A program made the translations under genes and the position numbers. Below are positions 21,301 through 32,960 of a stretch of 64,000 nucleotides of DNA, piece after piece. The DNA is taken from the IMG/VR virus record IMGVR_UViG_3300032038_000012, positions 32,001 to 96,000 of that record; one strand, written 5' to 3'. Positions within the stretch are counted from its first letter, which is position 1. Each line of letters begins with the position of its first letter. The notes beneath the pieces are model-generated. The model saw only the letters and a list, made by a program, of their open reading frames with translations. It was not told the origin of the DNA and searched no databases. Source of the stretch: a virus (lineage: Duplodnaviria; Caudoviricetes).

Positions 21301-23474
21301 TACAAAATGTAAAAGAATTAGTAAATGAAATCCACAAAGCTTTAAATGATACTTTTGATGATATCTCAGACCGAATGGAAGAACAAATGGACTATTATGA
21401 TACTATTTCAGACACATTAGAACATGATATGAAAATGGTTGAATTAGTCTATGGTGATGAAGCATTTGGTAAATTAGAATTATATTATTCTGAACAAGAG
21501 AAAAATTATAACAATCAATTAGAATTCCAAAGAGCCCAAGTAGATTTCTGGAGGCAACAAATGGATGCTTTAGATAAAGGTTCTGAAGAATGGGAAACTG
21601 CAAGAGATAATTGGTTAGATGCTGTTGGTGAATGGCAATCAATGGTTGAAAGTGCTATTGAAAATTTAACTGATAAATACTTAAATACAATTAACAAAAT
21701 ATTCCAAGAATTAAATAATCAAGTTACTAAAGGTGCTGGTATGGACTTTATCAACACTGAATGGGAATTAATTCAAAAACATGCAGATGAATATTTAGAT
21801 ACAATTAATTCAACATATGGAATCCAACAATTACAAAATAAATATTTAGACGCTATGAATAACACTGATAACTTAGCTTATCAAAGAAAATTAAATGAAT
21901 TAATGAAAGCGGAAGTTGCCGATTTAAAAGCTAGAGATCGATTAACTCAATATGATTTAGATAGAGCTGAATTAAAATATCAAATTGCTTTAAAACAAAT
22001 TGCATTACAAGAAGCTCAACAAAATAAATCTACCATGAGATTAAAGAGAGATACTCAAGGTAACTATACTTATCAATATGTTTCAGATGATGATGAAGTT
22101 AAAAAAGTTCAAGAAGAAATATCTGATTTATATAATCAATTATATAATTTAGATGTGGATAGATATACTGGTAACCTAGATCAATTATATGAAATTTGGA
22201 TGGAATACCAAGAAAAAATGGCGGAAGCCGCAGCAATTAATGATCCAGAAGCAAGATTACAAAAAGAACAATTATTAACACAACAATATGGTGATTTAAT
22301 TAATGGTATTGTAGACCAAAATGAACAAATAAAACGTAATCTATATGAATCTACATTCTTAGAATTAGAAGATTTATATGGAAAACAAGCAGAAATAGTT
22401 CAAGATTTCCTTGATAATCAAGATGATGCAATGAGTTTATTGGTAAACGGATGGGCATCAGGATTACAAGAAATGGCAGATCAAATTTATGCAGATGGTG
22501 GTTTTGAACCAACATATGAACAAGCTTTAGCTGATATAACAGAGGCTACCGCAGACTATGAAGAAAGTTTAAAACAATTACAAGACTCTGCAAAAGTTAC
22601 ATTTGAAACTCTTGGTGAAGATGTAGATGAAGTTGAAACTGAAGTTCAACAGTTAATAAATAAAACTGATGAATTAATATCTACATTTGGTAATGAGGTT
22701 GCGCAAATTAAAGACGTTATAGGTCAAATTGATGAGTTAAATAATCATTATCAACAACAAACAAAAGTAATTAATACTGCTATTGATGCTTATAATAAGT
22801 ATATTCAAAAAATGAAAGAAGCTGAGCAAGCCGCAAATAAGAATACAAGTTCTAATGGTGGAAGTGGTCAATCTACTGGCGGAGCTTCAGGTAATGGATC
22901 TTCTGGTGGAGGCGGAGGAGCAGGAAATGCAAATAGAATGCCTTCAGTAGGACAATGGGTAACTTATAATGGTGGATACTATTATGCAGACTCATATGGT
23001 AATGGTGGAAGAGGAAGCCGTGGACCTGGTAAACGAGTTAAAGTTACTATTGTTAAAAATGACGGAAGACCTTATCCAATACATGTTGAATCTAGTGATT
23101 CTGCTTATGGTTGGTTAAGAAAAGACCAATTAAGTGGATATGATACTGGTGGATACACAGGAAGCTGGGGTTCTACAGAAGGACGTGTAGCTTTACTTCA
23201 CGAAAAAGAATTAGTATTAAATAAAGAAGATACTAAAAACTTATTAGATACGGTTGAAGTTATGAGAAACTTAACAAATTCATTAGGAAGTTCTATACTT
23301 AAACAAATGGCAAGTATGTCAAGAACAGGTATAAATGGAATGGTTGGCGGAGATGTCGTAGAACAAGATGTTCACATTGATGCTCAATTCCCTAATGTAA
23401 GAGATTCTCGTGAAATAGAAAACGCACTTAACAATTTAGTTAATGCAGCAGCTCAAAGAGCAAATAAAAGGTAG
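15303..23474 (+). CDS. Tail tape measure protein (2723 aa)
   Basis: TP901-type TMP core (LD..L..I..VS, AKELG.ST.DY..AA..YYQQG, VGTALKTIFSRI, AGVRQYN), long helical body, C-terminal YDTGGYTG..GR.A.LHEKELVLN. Confidence 0.9.
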   Translation: MAKIDIARMKVGVDVEVNHQTLSDLKRQLAQIRVDIQSKNRNGMTESLEETLKVANQLDNIITKSWNSRLNQFDLSKLNNDLKKSNLTATSLKQTFSAYPEVYDNFSRKILESNVQLKQSSKLLDKMSVTMANTVRFGISSSIFNNLTSSISKAYNYTLQLDKSLNDIRIVSNESAANMERFAKQANAAAKELGASTLDYTKAALIYYQQGLPSDQIEERSNITVKMANVLGRSAEEVSDYMTAIWNNFADGSQSLEYYADVITKLGATTASSAEEIAGGLEKFAAVGDTIGLSYEYATAALTTITAQTRQSEDVVGTALKTIFSRIQGLNLGETLEDGTTLNKYSEALSKVGIQIKDQNNEFKDMDTILDEMGEKWGSLNKDQQVALAQAVAGVRQYNQLVALMDNWDFMKENLETAANATGELDAQQAIYMDSVEAHLQQLKTTAEETYNTLFDTDAIKTFADMATGALEALNDLLTGLGGGMNAITTIGLGATNLFSNQIAGGVQRGLENKRRSSQNSDELKQEIINNHEMQGETDLDSTAMDREVKVAEKILSIKKNLTEEEAQQLISQQQKIGLLTDEINKHTKIDKEISDIAKKYDLSDDTAYSLNSELNGTRDELKKIKSLMKSLNSEDANIYEEETLNLLKQHGIQLKENEKTNEGYTKKLTALQGELVNKQNELNQAAKDRATLDEQDIDVTIAQRDALEANVDSVVRQKQEQENIQTVIKGTTALLSAATSLGGIFSTAFDEDMSTWDKFKSINAVILTQLPFMLANMSSIAKLLPAITTLLGIETTVQEALNAAKQKENMVDAEGNVLKGREIIIRLKAIVVKVIETIKTWALAAAQAVLDLLTGNFTALGIAAATAIVAMTVAITAFVINMVKANSEEAKLKKRVEDTAEAVKEATEVYDELKESVSKYRDAKSGIDSLKEGTVEFYEAVMKSNEEAQKLIDTLNLMPKDMMGNGQYSIDKNGLISIDEDVLQREMFKKQQEIYRNQGQNIQARKDLEVYNQKEIVKQFRKEVNQEARRSGSGATISYDQAKDILSGQNKFNDTLVQNNKLFSTFVPQVASIYGVLDRNNQQLGAFQNLTENKVGEVKTSVDNSSINIQKAIDNNLGKYNQSQSNIDSLETQRIIATLRGYGTEEQVENFDSYSERSQKAIAEMVKEGNAANAHNENVKDMGFGDYAATYGKNTLKWGWTGPFAPMIASLNTAADAGTNDGKKEGIKELYAQYALGYSKEANGQWFNEYGNAVDKDEMKEILKEIKTDTAVQAYNNGDFATAQSLQNAQNSADNIRKNVNNWGFSTSSSQYMTEAMLGLKTGTFDEELTKLLTNEEKEKIKSVVKPEITEPEKSFSFSANEPFSMYSQYSQEELDKFLATTDEVGRSIERIKADLKEYNGTLESQAAQLGTTKEALEFYGQAMYNASKETNKMDKTSAEAIASQYKFNKKYNEAVAIYYDNEEAIKAYGKALKNNEQIGYDVADAMGELSKSLKEMGLSLSAEQISDNLDTVQKLLTGTKEEAEQAYQSLLKLSQINTMNTIFGPEAKNQLDKYTYSYQQLIDAINTTKPGANLSQQYAASLSKMIQDTHLTMDEINKLGEGLNITIPVKYKVPKKMSFKKQNFTTKAQSVLHRYSGEMPNPAYDGKKHKDKKITINYSWIETTEEKTDSFLVPDETGITVNQSTQSLGGGSSRNFTPSIANQNAARNSGGGGGGSKSEPSKKDLNEDKVDRYEKVNVQLELIEDQLKKIQKQEKKLIGQKLIDNLNKQLDVLNKKIDKTNEKMQIARGEQAELQRELASYGVGFDADGVMTNYAQVFAAQQNALNNVYRQYNNMSADAQKNFDDTVKAAEKKWNNFKDAVSKYDQLIGSTIPGLQNDIQEAVDEQIEIKIKEFDMEIELALDIKAAQDKWNDFKRNIIKDLKEDDIFGIAMDNFERFFDFYNEEGFGVIQEESKYLTDLMKQIDQYNATGKSDWYGDNESAMMDDLQKYYEQAFDDLQNVKELVNEIHKALNDTFDDISDRMEEQMDYYDTISDTLEHDMKMVELVYGDEAFGKLELYYSEQEKNYNNQLEFQRAQVDFWRQQMDALDKGSEEWETARDNWLDAVGEWQSMVESAIENLTDKYLNTINKIFQELNNQVTKGAGMDFINTEWELIQKHADEYLDTINSTYGIQQLQNKYLDAMNNTDNLAYQRKLNELMKAEVADLKARDRLTQYDLDRAELKYQIALKQIALQEAQQNKSTMRLKRDTQGNYTYQYVSDDDEVKKVQEEISDLYNQLYNLDVDRYTGNLDQLYEIWMEYQEKMAEAAAINDPEARLQKEQLLTQQYGDLINGIVDQNEQIKRNLYESTFLELEDLYGKQAEIVQDFLDNQDDAMSLLVNGWASGLQEMADQIYADGGFEPTYEQALADITEATADYEESLKQLQDSAKVTFETLGEDVDEVETEVQQLINKTDELISTFGNEVAQIKDVIGQIDELNNHYQQQTKVINTAIDAYNKYIQKMKEAEQAANKNTSSNGGSGQSTGGASGNGSSGGGGGAGNANRMPSVGQWVTYNGGYYYADSYGNGGRGSRGPGKRVKVTIVKNDGRPYPIHVESSDSAYGWLRKDQLSGYDTGGYTGSWGSTEGRVALLHEKELVLNKEDTKNLLDTVEVMRNLTNSLGSSILKQMASMSRTGINGMVGGDVVEQDVHIDAQFPNVRDSREIENALNNLVNAAAQRANKR

Positions 23475-23494
23475 TTGAAAAACTACCTTTTTTT
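23466..23494 (+). terminator. Rho-independent terminator
   Basis: AAAAGGTAGTT-GAAA-AACTACCTTTTTTT. Confidence 0.8.
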
Positions 23495-23499
23495 ATTTG

Positions 23500-23546
23500 G
23501 GTTAAAATATTTAAACAATATTATAATATTTTGATATATTATTAAG
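23500..23546 (+). promoter_or_regulatory. Bipartite late-promoter-like motif, copy 4
   Basis: GGTTAAAA...TTTTGATATATTATTAAG, 46-nt spacing. Confidence 0.55.
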
Positions 23547-23570
23547 GAAGAGATAAAAGGAGATGTGATT

Positions 23571-26500
23571 ATGAACAGTTATGAAAATAATATTTTAGAA
23601 GCCGTCGAGATAATTACAAATCAAAAAATCGATGAAGCTGATTTTAATAAAACTGTTCAAGCCACAATTATTAAGATGATTGATGCGGCATCCGCACATT
23701 ATTTGGTTAAATACCAAGATAGTAGATTTGATGCTTTTGCCGTAAACAAAACAAAACAATATCAAGATGGACAAAATGTTTATGTATTATTCCCAGGAAA
23801 TGATACTAAACAAGATAAAATGATTATAGGTCCAGTTGAAAAGAACGCAGAGTTTGTTACTACTATTGTAGACGCAGAAAGATATGAAATAGTTGGAACA
23901 AATTGCGCAAATAGTTTAAATGATACTTTTGAACTATGTTCTTATACTCCTAATGGAGATATAAAAGTTTTATATGATAGAGAAAATAGAATTAATTTAA
24001 TTCATCTTAATATAAGAGATGTCCAAGAATATATACAACAAAGTAGTATATTATGTTGTGGAGCTGATTTTAGAACTCAGTTATCTGCAGAACAACAAAT
24101 AAAAGGAAACTATGGAATTGTATTTGAATTGGCTTTTAAAGATGGCTTGATGAAAAATTATATGGTGGATGTAAATCAAATGAGTGGAAACCCATATAAA
24201 TTAATTAAGAATACAACTCAAAAAAGTTATTTTGAAATTGGAGAAGGGTTTCAATATGTAAATAAAATTTATATATTTGAGAAAGACTTCCCATATACAG
24301 ATGATAATAAAGAAAATGATATATTCGTAAAGAATATTTTTATAGGAGGAGCAATAGGTTTAACATCTGATGAATTATTGTCTACAAGAATAACATTAGA
24401 AACACCAGATGGAAGTTACTTCTCACAAACCGAAGATGTAAATGAAAAAAGAATAGAAGCAAAAATAAAAGTAAGTGGGAAGGTTCAAGAAGATATTAGC
24501 AATGTAAAATTTTATTGGTTTAAAGAAAATAGTAGTGTTGATTTAACCAGCCCTAAATATAATCATGCGGGAGGTGCCGGTTGGGAATATTTAACCGAAG
24601 GTACAAGCACTTATACTGTACATAAAACAGATATTGTATCTGAAGAACAAATGTATAAATGTGTAGCAGATATAGGAGGAATTTTATATTCACAGGTAGC
24701 TATTTTTAAAAACTATGATACAGAAATAAAAATTTCAATTCAATCTAGTAATGGAACAGTTTTCTATTATGATATGGGAGAAATTACTTTAACTTGTAAT
24801 GTTGAAGGAGGAGATTCCGCGAATGAATATAGTTATCATTGGACTTTTGAAGATAGCGGAGCAGGAACCACTTTTTTAGAAAACGACACTAATATACAAA
24901 ATGTATATATTAAGGACATATCTCTTTCGAGAAAATATATTTGTTCTATATATTTAGGAGATGTTTATATTGGAACATCATCTGTAATGTTATATAATCA
25001 GACAAACACTCAAGATATTCAATTTCAATTAAAGGTTTTAAATAATGATATTTTATATCAATATGATATAGATGGAAATAAACCTGATATAGAAATAAAA
25101 CCTTTAAAATGTATGTTGCAGGATGCAGATGGAAATGAGATAGATGAAAGTATATTTTCAAAATGTAAAATTATTTGGACGTGTCCGCAAGAAAAATCTA
25201 TGATGAAAGATTTCAGTGCAAGTTTAAATAATTTAACTTACACTATTGAAGATAGATATGATGTAGAAAAAACAAATAATAAAATTGGAGTTCAAGTTCA
25301 ATTAGATACTCAATATATTTACAAAGAGTTTTCTATTAACTTCATTAAAAAGGGAGAAATAGGAACAAACGGAACTAAATATACAGGGAAAATTGTAGTG
25401 AATGCAGAAAATGATTTACAATATCCAGTTTATTCAGGGTCTTCTCGAGTAACTTTTTGGAATTGTAATTTATATTCTAGTTCTAAATGGTTTAAAATTC
25501 AATTATGGAGAGATAGTAAAAAAATATATGAAGGGTATTCTGATGGAACTTCAACTGAAAATAAGCCAGTTCAATTAAAATGGAGTGTATTAAAAAATAA
25601 ATATCCTAATGAAATTAGTGATTATAGTAAAATTAACATAGATGAATATAATAATTATACTGCAACAGGATATGTTCCTGAAGATAGAATTGCCGCAAGT
25701 GTAATTCAATGTGAAATTAGTTATGATGGGACAAAAATATATTGCACTAAATCTTTATTAGAAGGTGAATCTTGGCCTGGGAATAAAGTTCTTTTAGTTG
25801 AAGGAACAGGATTTACAAGTGTGCAATATAATTCTCAAGGAAGAAATCCTAAATATCAAAATGATATTTTTGAATTACAAGTTTTAAATCAAAATGGTTT
25901 AGATATAACTCAAAGAGATTTAACTTTTAATTGGTCTGTTTATGGACAAGTTTGGGATGGATTAACTTGGAAAGAAACTCCTATTGTAAATATTATAGAA
26001 GATAATGCTTTACCAGCTTGGAAAAAACGTATTCAACCAAACTCAGAGTGGAACGGAGAATGTGTTACCGCAGGAGTGAAAGTTGATGTTTATCAAGCTA
26101 CTAACTATATAGCGACATTAAAAATTCCAATTCATGGATATTTAAATAGAAGTATGAATCAGGCTATTGAAGGGTGGAATGGAAATTCAATTCAATTAAA
26201 ACAGTCTGGTGGATATCTATATACACCTCAAATTGGAGCAGGTAAAAAAGAATCTGATGAAAGTTTTACTGGAATGATAATGGGTAAAGCTAGAGAAAAA
26301 AACGTAGAAAAAACAGGGTTGCTTGGATATAGTCATGGTGAACAAAGTTTATTTTTAGATGCAGAAAGCGGAGGAGCCATCTTTGGAAAAGGTTCTGGAG
26401 ATGGGCAAGTAACAATTGATCCTAAAATTAATAAGAGTTTATTATTTAGTAAAAGTTATTGGAAAAATTATGATACTAAAGGATTTCCGCTTAATTATGA

Positions 26501-27563
26501 AGAATCTAATAAAAATCATAATGGTTTACTAATAGATTTAGCAACGCCAAAAATAGAATATGGAAATCAACGTTTTATTGTAGATAGTCAAGGAAATTTA
26601 ACTTGTGGAGAACAAATTACTGGTAATGGTATTTTAATGCAAGTTCAAGGTTTCGTAGAAAATCAATTAGCAGGATATTTTTTAACAGAAACTGGACATA
26701 CTACATACCCAGAGACAGGACCTGAAGCGGGTGGAGGTGAAGTAAGCTGGCCAACGGCTCATATAGATGGTTTTAAATATGGACGAATTCCAGCTTTAGT
26801 AAATTTGTATATTCCTGAGAATTTTCATATTACTCAAGCTCTTTGCAAAGTAATACAAGGTGGAATGGTAAATGAAAGTCCTGAGCAGACTCCTCAATAT
26901 AAAGGAGGAGAAGCTTTTTGGGGATGGACGACATTAAGTGATGGTTGGAAACCTGAAATGAATCCACCATCTTCACAATATAAATATCATATAGATGGAC
27001 ATTATACAAAATATGCATGGTCTGATTGAGGTCAAAACTACCCAGAAACATATAGCATTGATTATTGTTGCGGTAGTCTTAGTGATGATTTTGCTTTATA
27101 TTATTTCCCTGGAGAAGTGGTTCATTATGAAGTAGATGCATATGCCACATCTGTAATGGGTATGCAAGATGCATATTTTAATGTTTGGGTAGAAGAAGAT
27201 TCCCCATTAGTTAAACAATTAGGTTTAGTTCAAACAGGTTTTCCTTCTGTTAGAAATTATAGAATCAACCAAGAAGACTTAATAGTTCAACAACATGAGA
27301 GAATTATTGATTTTACAGAGGATGCTAAACAATATTTTCATACTGGAACTAATACGATAGGATTAATGCCATCATCTGTACCTGAAAGCGTAGATATTAG
27401 ACCATATATTCGAGATAGAAGATATTATCCTGATTTTGGTTATTCTATGACGCATTATCATTCTACTATTTGTGCAGAACCTTATATAACAGAAGCAAAC
27501 ACGAAAAATGGATATGTGTCTTTATCAGTAATAATCTATGGACATTATAATCCAACTCAATAA
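23571..27563 (+). CDS. Large tail (tip/baseplate) protein A, ~1330 aa, TGA=Trp at 27027
   Basis: Listed ORFs 23565..27029 and 27117..27563 are one frame separated only by TGA; C-terminus (GYVSLSVIIYGHYNP) matches that of paralogue B. Confidence 0.75.
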
Positions 27564-27588
27564 AAGGAGATAAAAGGAGAGATAACAA

Positions 27589-30500
27589 ATGAATAACTAT
27601 GAAGATAATATATTAGAAGCAATAGAAACTATTGTAGATAATTCTATTGCTAAATCTAATTATGATAGAACAATTCAAGCTACAATTATTAAAATAGTAG
27701 ATAAGTCTTTGGGGCAATATAATGTTAAGTATCAAGATAGTTATTTTGATGCTTTTTCAATAGATACAACAATAGAATATGTTGAAGGAACTAATGTTTA
27801 TATATTAGTGCCTAACGGTGACATGTCTAAAGATAAAACTATTTTAGGTGCGGTTGATGGATATAAAATTCAAGGTGTTACCGCAATTACAGATGCGGAT
27901 GCATCGGACCCAGTTGGATACAACTGTGTTAATAGTGAAGTAAGTTTTGAATTATGTTCTTATACAGAAGAACAAAATATCGTATTGTACGATAAAGATA
28001 GCGAAATTAATTTAATAAATTTAGATAGTGAGGCTTTAAAGAATTTTTTACAAAATAGTTCTCAATTAGTTGCGGGAGCTTCGTTTAGAACAAATTTACC
28101 TGGAGAACAAAGAATAAAAGGTAATTATGGTATTATTTTTGAATTAGGTTTTAAAGCTCAGGTTTCAGATGAAATTATGTTAAAAAAATTTATTATAGAC
28201 ATAGATAGAATGAGTGGTAATCCATATGTTTTAAATAATGCAACTCCGCAACTTGGATATTTTGAAATTGATGGAGAAAATTTTGAATATATAAATAATG
28301 TTACAATATTTGAAAAAGATTTCCCTTATCAAGCGACAGATAAAGATAATGATATTTTTATTTCTGAGCTTCAAATTTTTGGATCTAATAGAATAAGTGA
28401 AGAAGAATATAATGTTGCACGATTAGTAATAAATACGCCTCAAGGTAATTATTTTACAGAACAAGACAGTCTTCAAACAACTAAGCAACTTGTAGCAAAA
28501 ATAAAAACCAATGGTGCAGAAATGGATTTATCTAAATCTAAAGTGGAATATTATTGGTTTAAAGAAAATGATGATATTACAATAGAAAGTCAAAAATATA
28601 ATTTTTATGGAGGCGAAGGCTGGGAATGCTTAAATGATTTTACACTAATTGATGGTAATCCTAATTTAGTAACATGGAGTTCAGCATCTAATATATGGAA
28701 TATTGCAAAAGCAAGTGTTAGAAGTGAACAAGTTCAATATAAATGTATTGTTGTTTATAATAATATTATTTTACAAAGATTAGTTACAATAAAGAATCAG
28801 GGGGCTGCATTTTCTATAAAAATAGTTTCAGATTTAGGAGCTGATTTTATAGATGGACTAGGATATCCTACATTAACTTGTATGATAAATAATTCAGAAG
28901 AACCTTTAACGGGATATAGATACGTATGGTCTAGAACAGATAATAATGGACTATATATGAAGTTAGATGAAACCACAGAAGAAAATTTAGCATATCAAAA
29001 TGCTTATAATAATTATGAGAATTTATTAACTCAAATTCAAACTGAACAAGTCTTCCCAAATGCGGTTGCCGCACAGTTAGAAGAGTATAAAAATGAATTT
29101 GAGGCTTTTGAAAAAATAACAAGAGTTGATAAAAATAAAATATATAAAATAAATACAAGTGAAATTACTAATTATATGCACTATAAATGTTCTGTATATT
29201 ATAATAATGAATATGTTGGAACTGAATCTATTATTTTATATAACACAAATTCAACTAATCAAGATTATTTCATTCAATTAGTTAATGGCACTCAAATTTT
29301 TAAATATGATGAAAATGGTATATCACCTTGTGATGAAACTAAAGATAATCCACAAGAAATATTACCACTTCAATTTAATATTATAAATAAAGAAGGATTA
29401 GATGTTACTAATGAGATTTTAGAAAAGAGTCAAATAGAATGGGAAGTCCCAACTGAAAATACTTTAATTACAGTTTCAGGGGCGCTAACCGCAAGACAAT
29501 TGCTTTTTACTATTGACAATTTTTATGATAATACAAAAAATAATAATGAAATTAAATTAACAGTAACATATAAGAAACAAAAATTGGTTGCTTATACTAA
29601 TTTAAGTTTTATAAAAGAAGGAGATATTGGAACAAATGGAACAGATTACTATTGTAAAATTGTTCCTAATACATCTCAAAAGGTTGATTATCCAATGATA
29701 GTTAATGGGACTTTAAATTACACTCCAGCTCAACAAGGAAAATGGTTTAAAGCTCAAATTTGGAGAGGTGGTAAATTAATATTTGAAGGAGCTGAATCTG
29801 GAGCTTCTATTGAGAGTGATAGAGCTGTTATTAGATGGGGAGTTCAAAAAAATAAGTATAATGCTCAAGTATCAGACCCAAGTTCAATAATAGTAACTAA
29901 TAATATCTTTAGTACAACGGGGTATTATATTGAAGATGGTTCTGGCGCAAATTGCCCTGCTAATATTGTTCAATGTAAAGTCACTTATAAAGGAATAGAT
30001 TATTTTGTAACTATTCCAGTTATTACAGTTTCTTATAATGATCCTTATCAAATATATTTAGAGCCAAGAACAGGATTTAATTTTGTAACATATAGTTCTG
30101 ATGGTAGATATCCTAAGTATAATGATAGTAAGCCTTTTGAAATTCAAATATTGCAAACGATTAATGGAGTAAAAGAAAATATTAGTTTACTTCGTTCAAA
30201 TCAATATGGAGTAAAATTTGAATGGTATATAAGAGGTCAAGTTTATGATACTAAAACGGGCTTATGAGTAGACAAAACCATGTTTACTATTGATGAAACT
30301 GAAGTTTTAGAACAAAATAAAATTAAGTTAATCCCTATATCAGAATATTCTGGGGAATGTGTTTCAACTGCATTAGAGTGTATTTGTAAAAAGAAATCTG
30401 ATAATACCACAGTAATTGGAAAAATTCATATTCCAATACATTGTATGTTAAATAGATATGCAAATGCGGCAATTAATGACTGGGATGGAAATAGTGTAAC

Positions 30501-31755
30501 AATTAATGATACAGATGGTTATATATTAACTCCGCAAGTTGGGGCCGGAACAAAAGATGAAAACAATCGTTTTACCGGAATGTTAATGGGTTCTGTTAAA
30601 GATAATTCTAATGGAGTTACTAAAACTGGATTGTTAGGTTACGACACTGGACAACAAAGTTTATTTTTAGATGCTGAATCAGGTGGTGCGATATTCGGAA
30701 AAGGAAATGGTGGTCAAATTATAATTGATCCGCAAAGTAATAAGAGTTATTTATTTAGTCATGACTATTGAAAAAGTTATAATGAAAAAGGTTTTCCAAT
30801 TAATTATGAAGACTCTAATAAAGATAATAAGGGAATGTTGATAGATTTAGCAACACCGCAAATTGTATTTGGAAGTGGTAATTTTAAAGTTGATAAAGAT
30901 GGTAATGTTACTTGTGGGGATATGTTAACCTCAAGAGGAATTTTAACAATGTTGAGATATGAAAATGAGGGGTTTGTAGGATGGGATTGAAACCTTTTTT
31001 CTACAGATTATATATCAAAAACAGCAAGCTCTACATCAGATGGTTATACACAAACAATAACATTAGCTTGTCCAAATTATTTTGAATATGAACCTCATTT
31101 ATTGTTATTCTCTTGTTTTATTCCAGAAGGATTTTCTTTATATAAAGCTGTTTGTACTTTAGAACAATATTCTTATAATGATCCTTATAGTATAGATTCT
31201 TGGTATGGAGAAAGATCAGGAGACATTCCAAGTTGGATAACTAGGACAACAACTGAACAGGAAACTAGTTTAACTGTACCTGGCTCAGCAACAGATGCAC
31301 CGGCAGTATGGTTTGTCCCATATGAAGCATATACAAGAGTCGTAGGTAGAGGACATATGAGTGGGGGATATAATAGATATAGTGTTGATACTTCTCAATG
31401 TATAAGACTAGGAGTGGCAGATTCAGGTTTCCCTGATGCGGTTACAACACCTCAGACTACAGTATTATCTAAAACAATAGATTTTTCTGGAGCAATAACA
31501 AATAATTATTTAGTTCCTGGACAAGTAAATTTATTGGCTGTTATGCCAGGAAACATATTGGCTAAAGTTCCATTGACTTGGAATTCTGTAAGTTTTACGG
31601 AGACAGAATATGCTCATACCACAACTTATAATACATGGAGAGCCTCTCAAGGGACAGCAAATTTAAAAGCTTGATGTAGAAGACGAACTGGATATGTAAA
31701 AGCTCAAATTGTTTTGTATGGATATTATGATCCATCATTAGTTAATAATAGTTAG
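27589..31755 (+). CDS. Large tail (tip/baseplate) protein B, ~1388 aa, paralogue of A; TGA=Trp at 30265, 30769, 30988, 31672
   Basis: Single frame to TAG 31753; SHDY*KSYNEKGFPINYEDSNK aligns with A SKSYWKNYDTKGFPLNYEESNK. Confidence 0.8.
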
Positions 31756-31772
31756 TGCAAAGGAGGTTTATT

Positions 31773-32948
31773 ATGGCACAATTATCAAGTGAAGAAAGAA
31801 TTGCTAGAGTTGAACAAGCACCTGTTGAAGTGCAAACAATGGTAGCAAAAGCTTTTTTAAGAGATGATATTGACGATGAAGATGTTCAATATCTATTTAA
31901 TACAGACACTATTGAACAATTAAATGATAGTGAAAGTAATCAAGAAGTTGAGCATGTAAACGAAGAAGAGCCAGAAGGGATTGGTGCTGCGGGTTTTACA
32001 ATGAGAACTTCAAAGCCTAGTAATAATAAAAACTTTATTACAACAGGTTCAGGTGGATGGAATACATGTATTAAAGGATATCCAATGGATCCAAACGCAA
32101 ATGTTTTAGCAAATTGCGTTGGATACGCAAGTGGGAGATTTAATGAAATAATTAATATTGCTAGAGATCAAGGTGGTTGTACATATAAAACATTAAATTG
32201 TAATGCAGTAGGTTTCAAAGAAAGAGCGGAAGCAGCAGGACTTCAAACAGGTAGTACTCCAAGACGTGGAGCTATTATGTGTTGGGGAAATGGTGGAGCT
32301 GGACATGTTGCAATTGTTGAAAGAGTAGATAGCAATAATCAAGTTTATACTTCTGAATCTGGATATGGTTCAACAGCATTTTGGAATCAAATAAGAACAA
32401 ATAATAATGGTAGATGGGGATGTTCAAGTAATTATTACTTTAGATGTTTCATTTATTTACCAAGTGATGTTCAACAAAAAATTGATGGCGGACAACCCGC
32501 CCCAACACCTACTCCAGGACCAAGTAGCAAATACAATATAGGAGATAAAGTAGTTATTAATGGGCCTTTATATACTAGTTCAAATGCGGCAAGTCCTGCA
32601 GGAAGAACTGGAGATAAGGTTACTAATATAACTAGAAAAAATCCTGGAAGTGCGCATCCTTATAATACAACAGGAGATTTAGGATGGATGGATGAAAGTT
32701 CTATTAAGCCATATGCAGAACCAACTCCTCAACCTGCACCACAGCCTAAAGGACTTCAGGTTGGAGATACAGTTGTTATTGTAGGAACTGGTAATGGAAG
32801 TTCATATGGTGATAGTAACACAGCATATGGAATTGGATGGACTAGACAAATCTTAAGAATCTGGAGTGGAAGATCATTCCCATATCAAGTTGGAAACGGC
32901 TCTGGTACAACTGGATTCTATAGAGCAGAAGCTTTACAAAAAAAATAA
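31773..32948 (+). CDS. CHAP-domain peptidoglycan hydrolase with acidic N-terminus and two SH3-like C-terminal domains
   Basis: ANCVGYA.GRF (Cys), GHVAIVE (His), SESGY; Pro-rich linkers; AAGGAGG RBS before ATG 31773. Confidence 0.85.
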   Translation: MAQLSSEERIARVEQAPVEVQTMVAKAFLRDDIDDEDVQYLFNTDTIEQLNDSESNQEVEHVNEEEPEGIGAAGFTMRTSKPSNNKNFITTGSGGWNTCIKGYPMDPNANVLANCVGYASGRFNEIINIARDQGGCTYKTLNCNAVGFKERAEAAGLQTGSTPRRGAIMCWGNGGAGHVAIVERVDSNNQVYTSESGYGSTAFWNQIRTNNNGRWGCSSNYYFRCFIYLPSDVQQKIDGGQPAPTPTPGPSSKYNIGDKVVINGPLYTSSNAASPAGRTGDKVTNITRKNPGSAHPYNTTGDLGWMDESSIKPYAEPTPQPAPQPKGLQVGDTVVIVGTGNGSSYGDSNTAYGIGWTRQILRIWSGRSFPYQVGNGSGTTGFYRAEALQKK

Positions 32949-32960
32949 TAGGAGGTTAAT

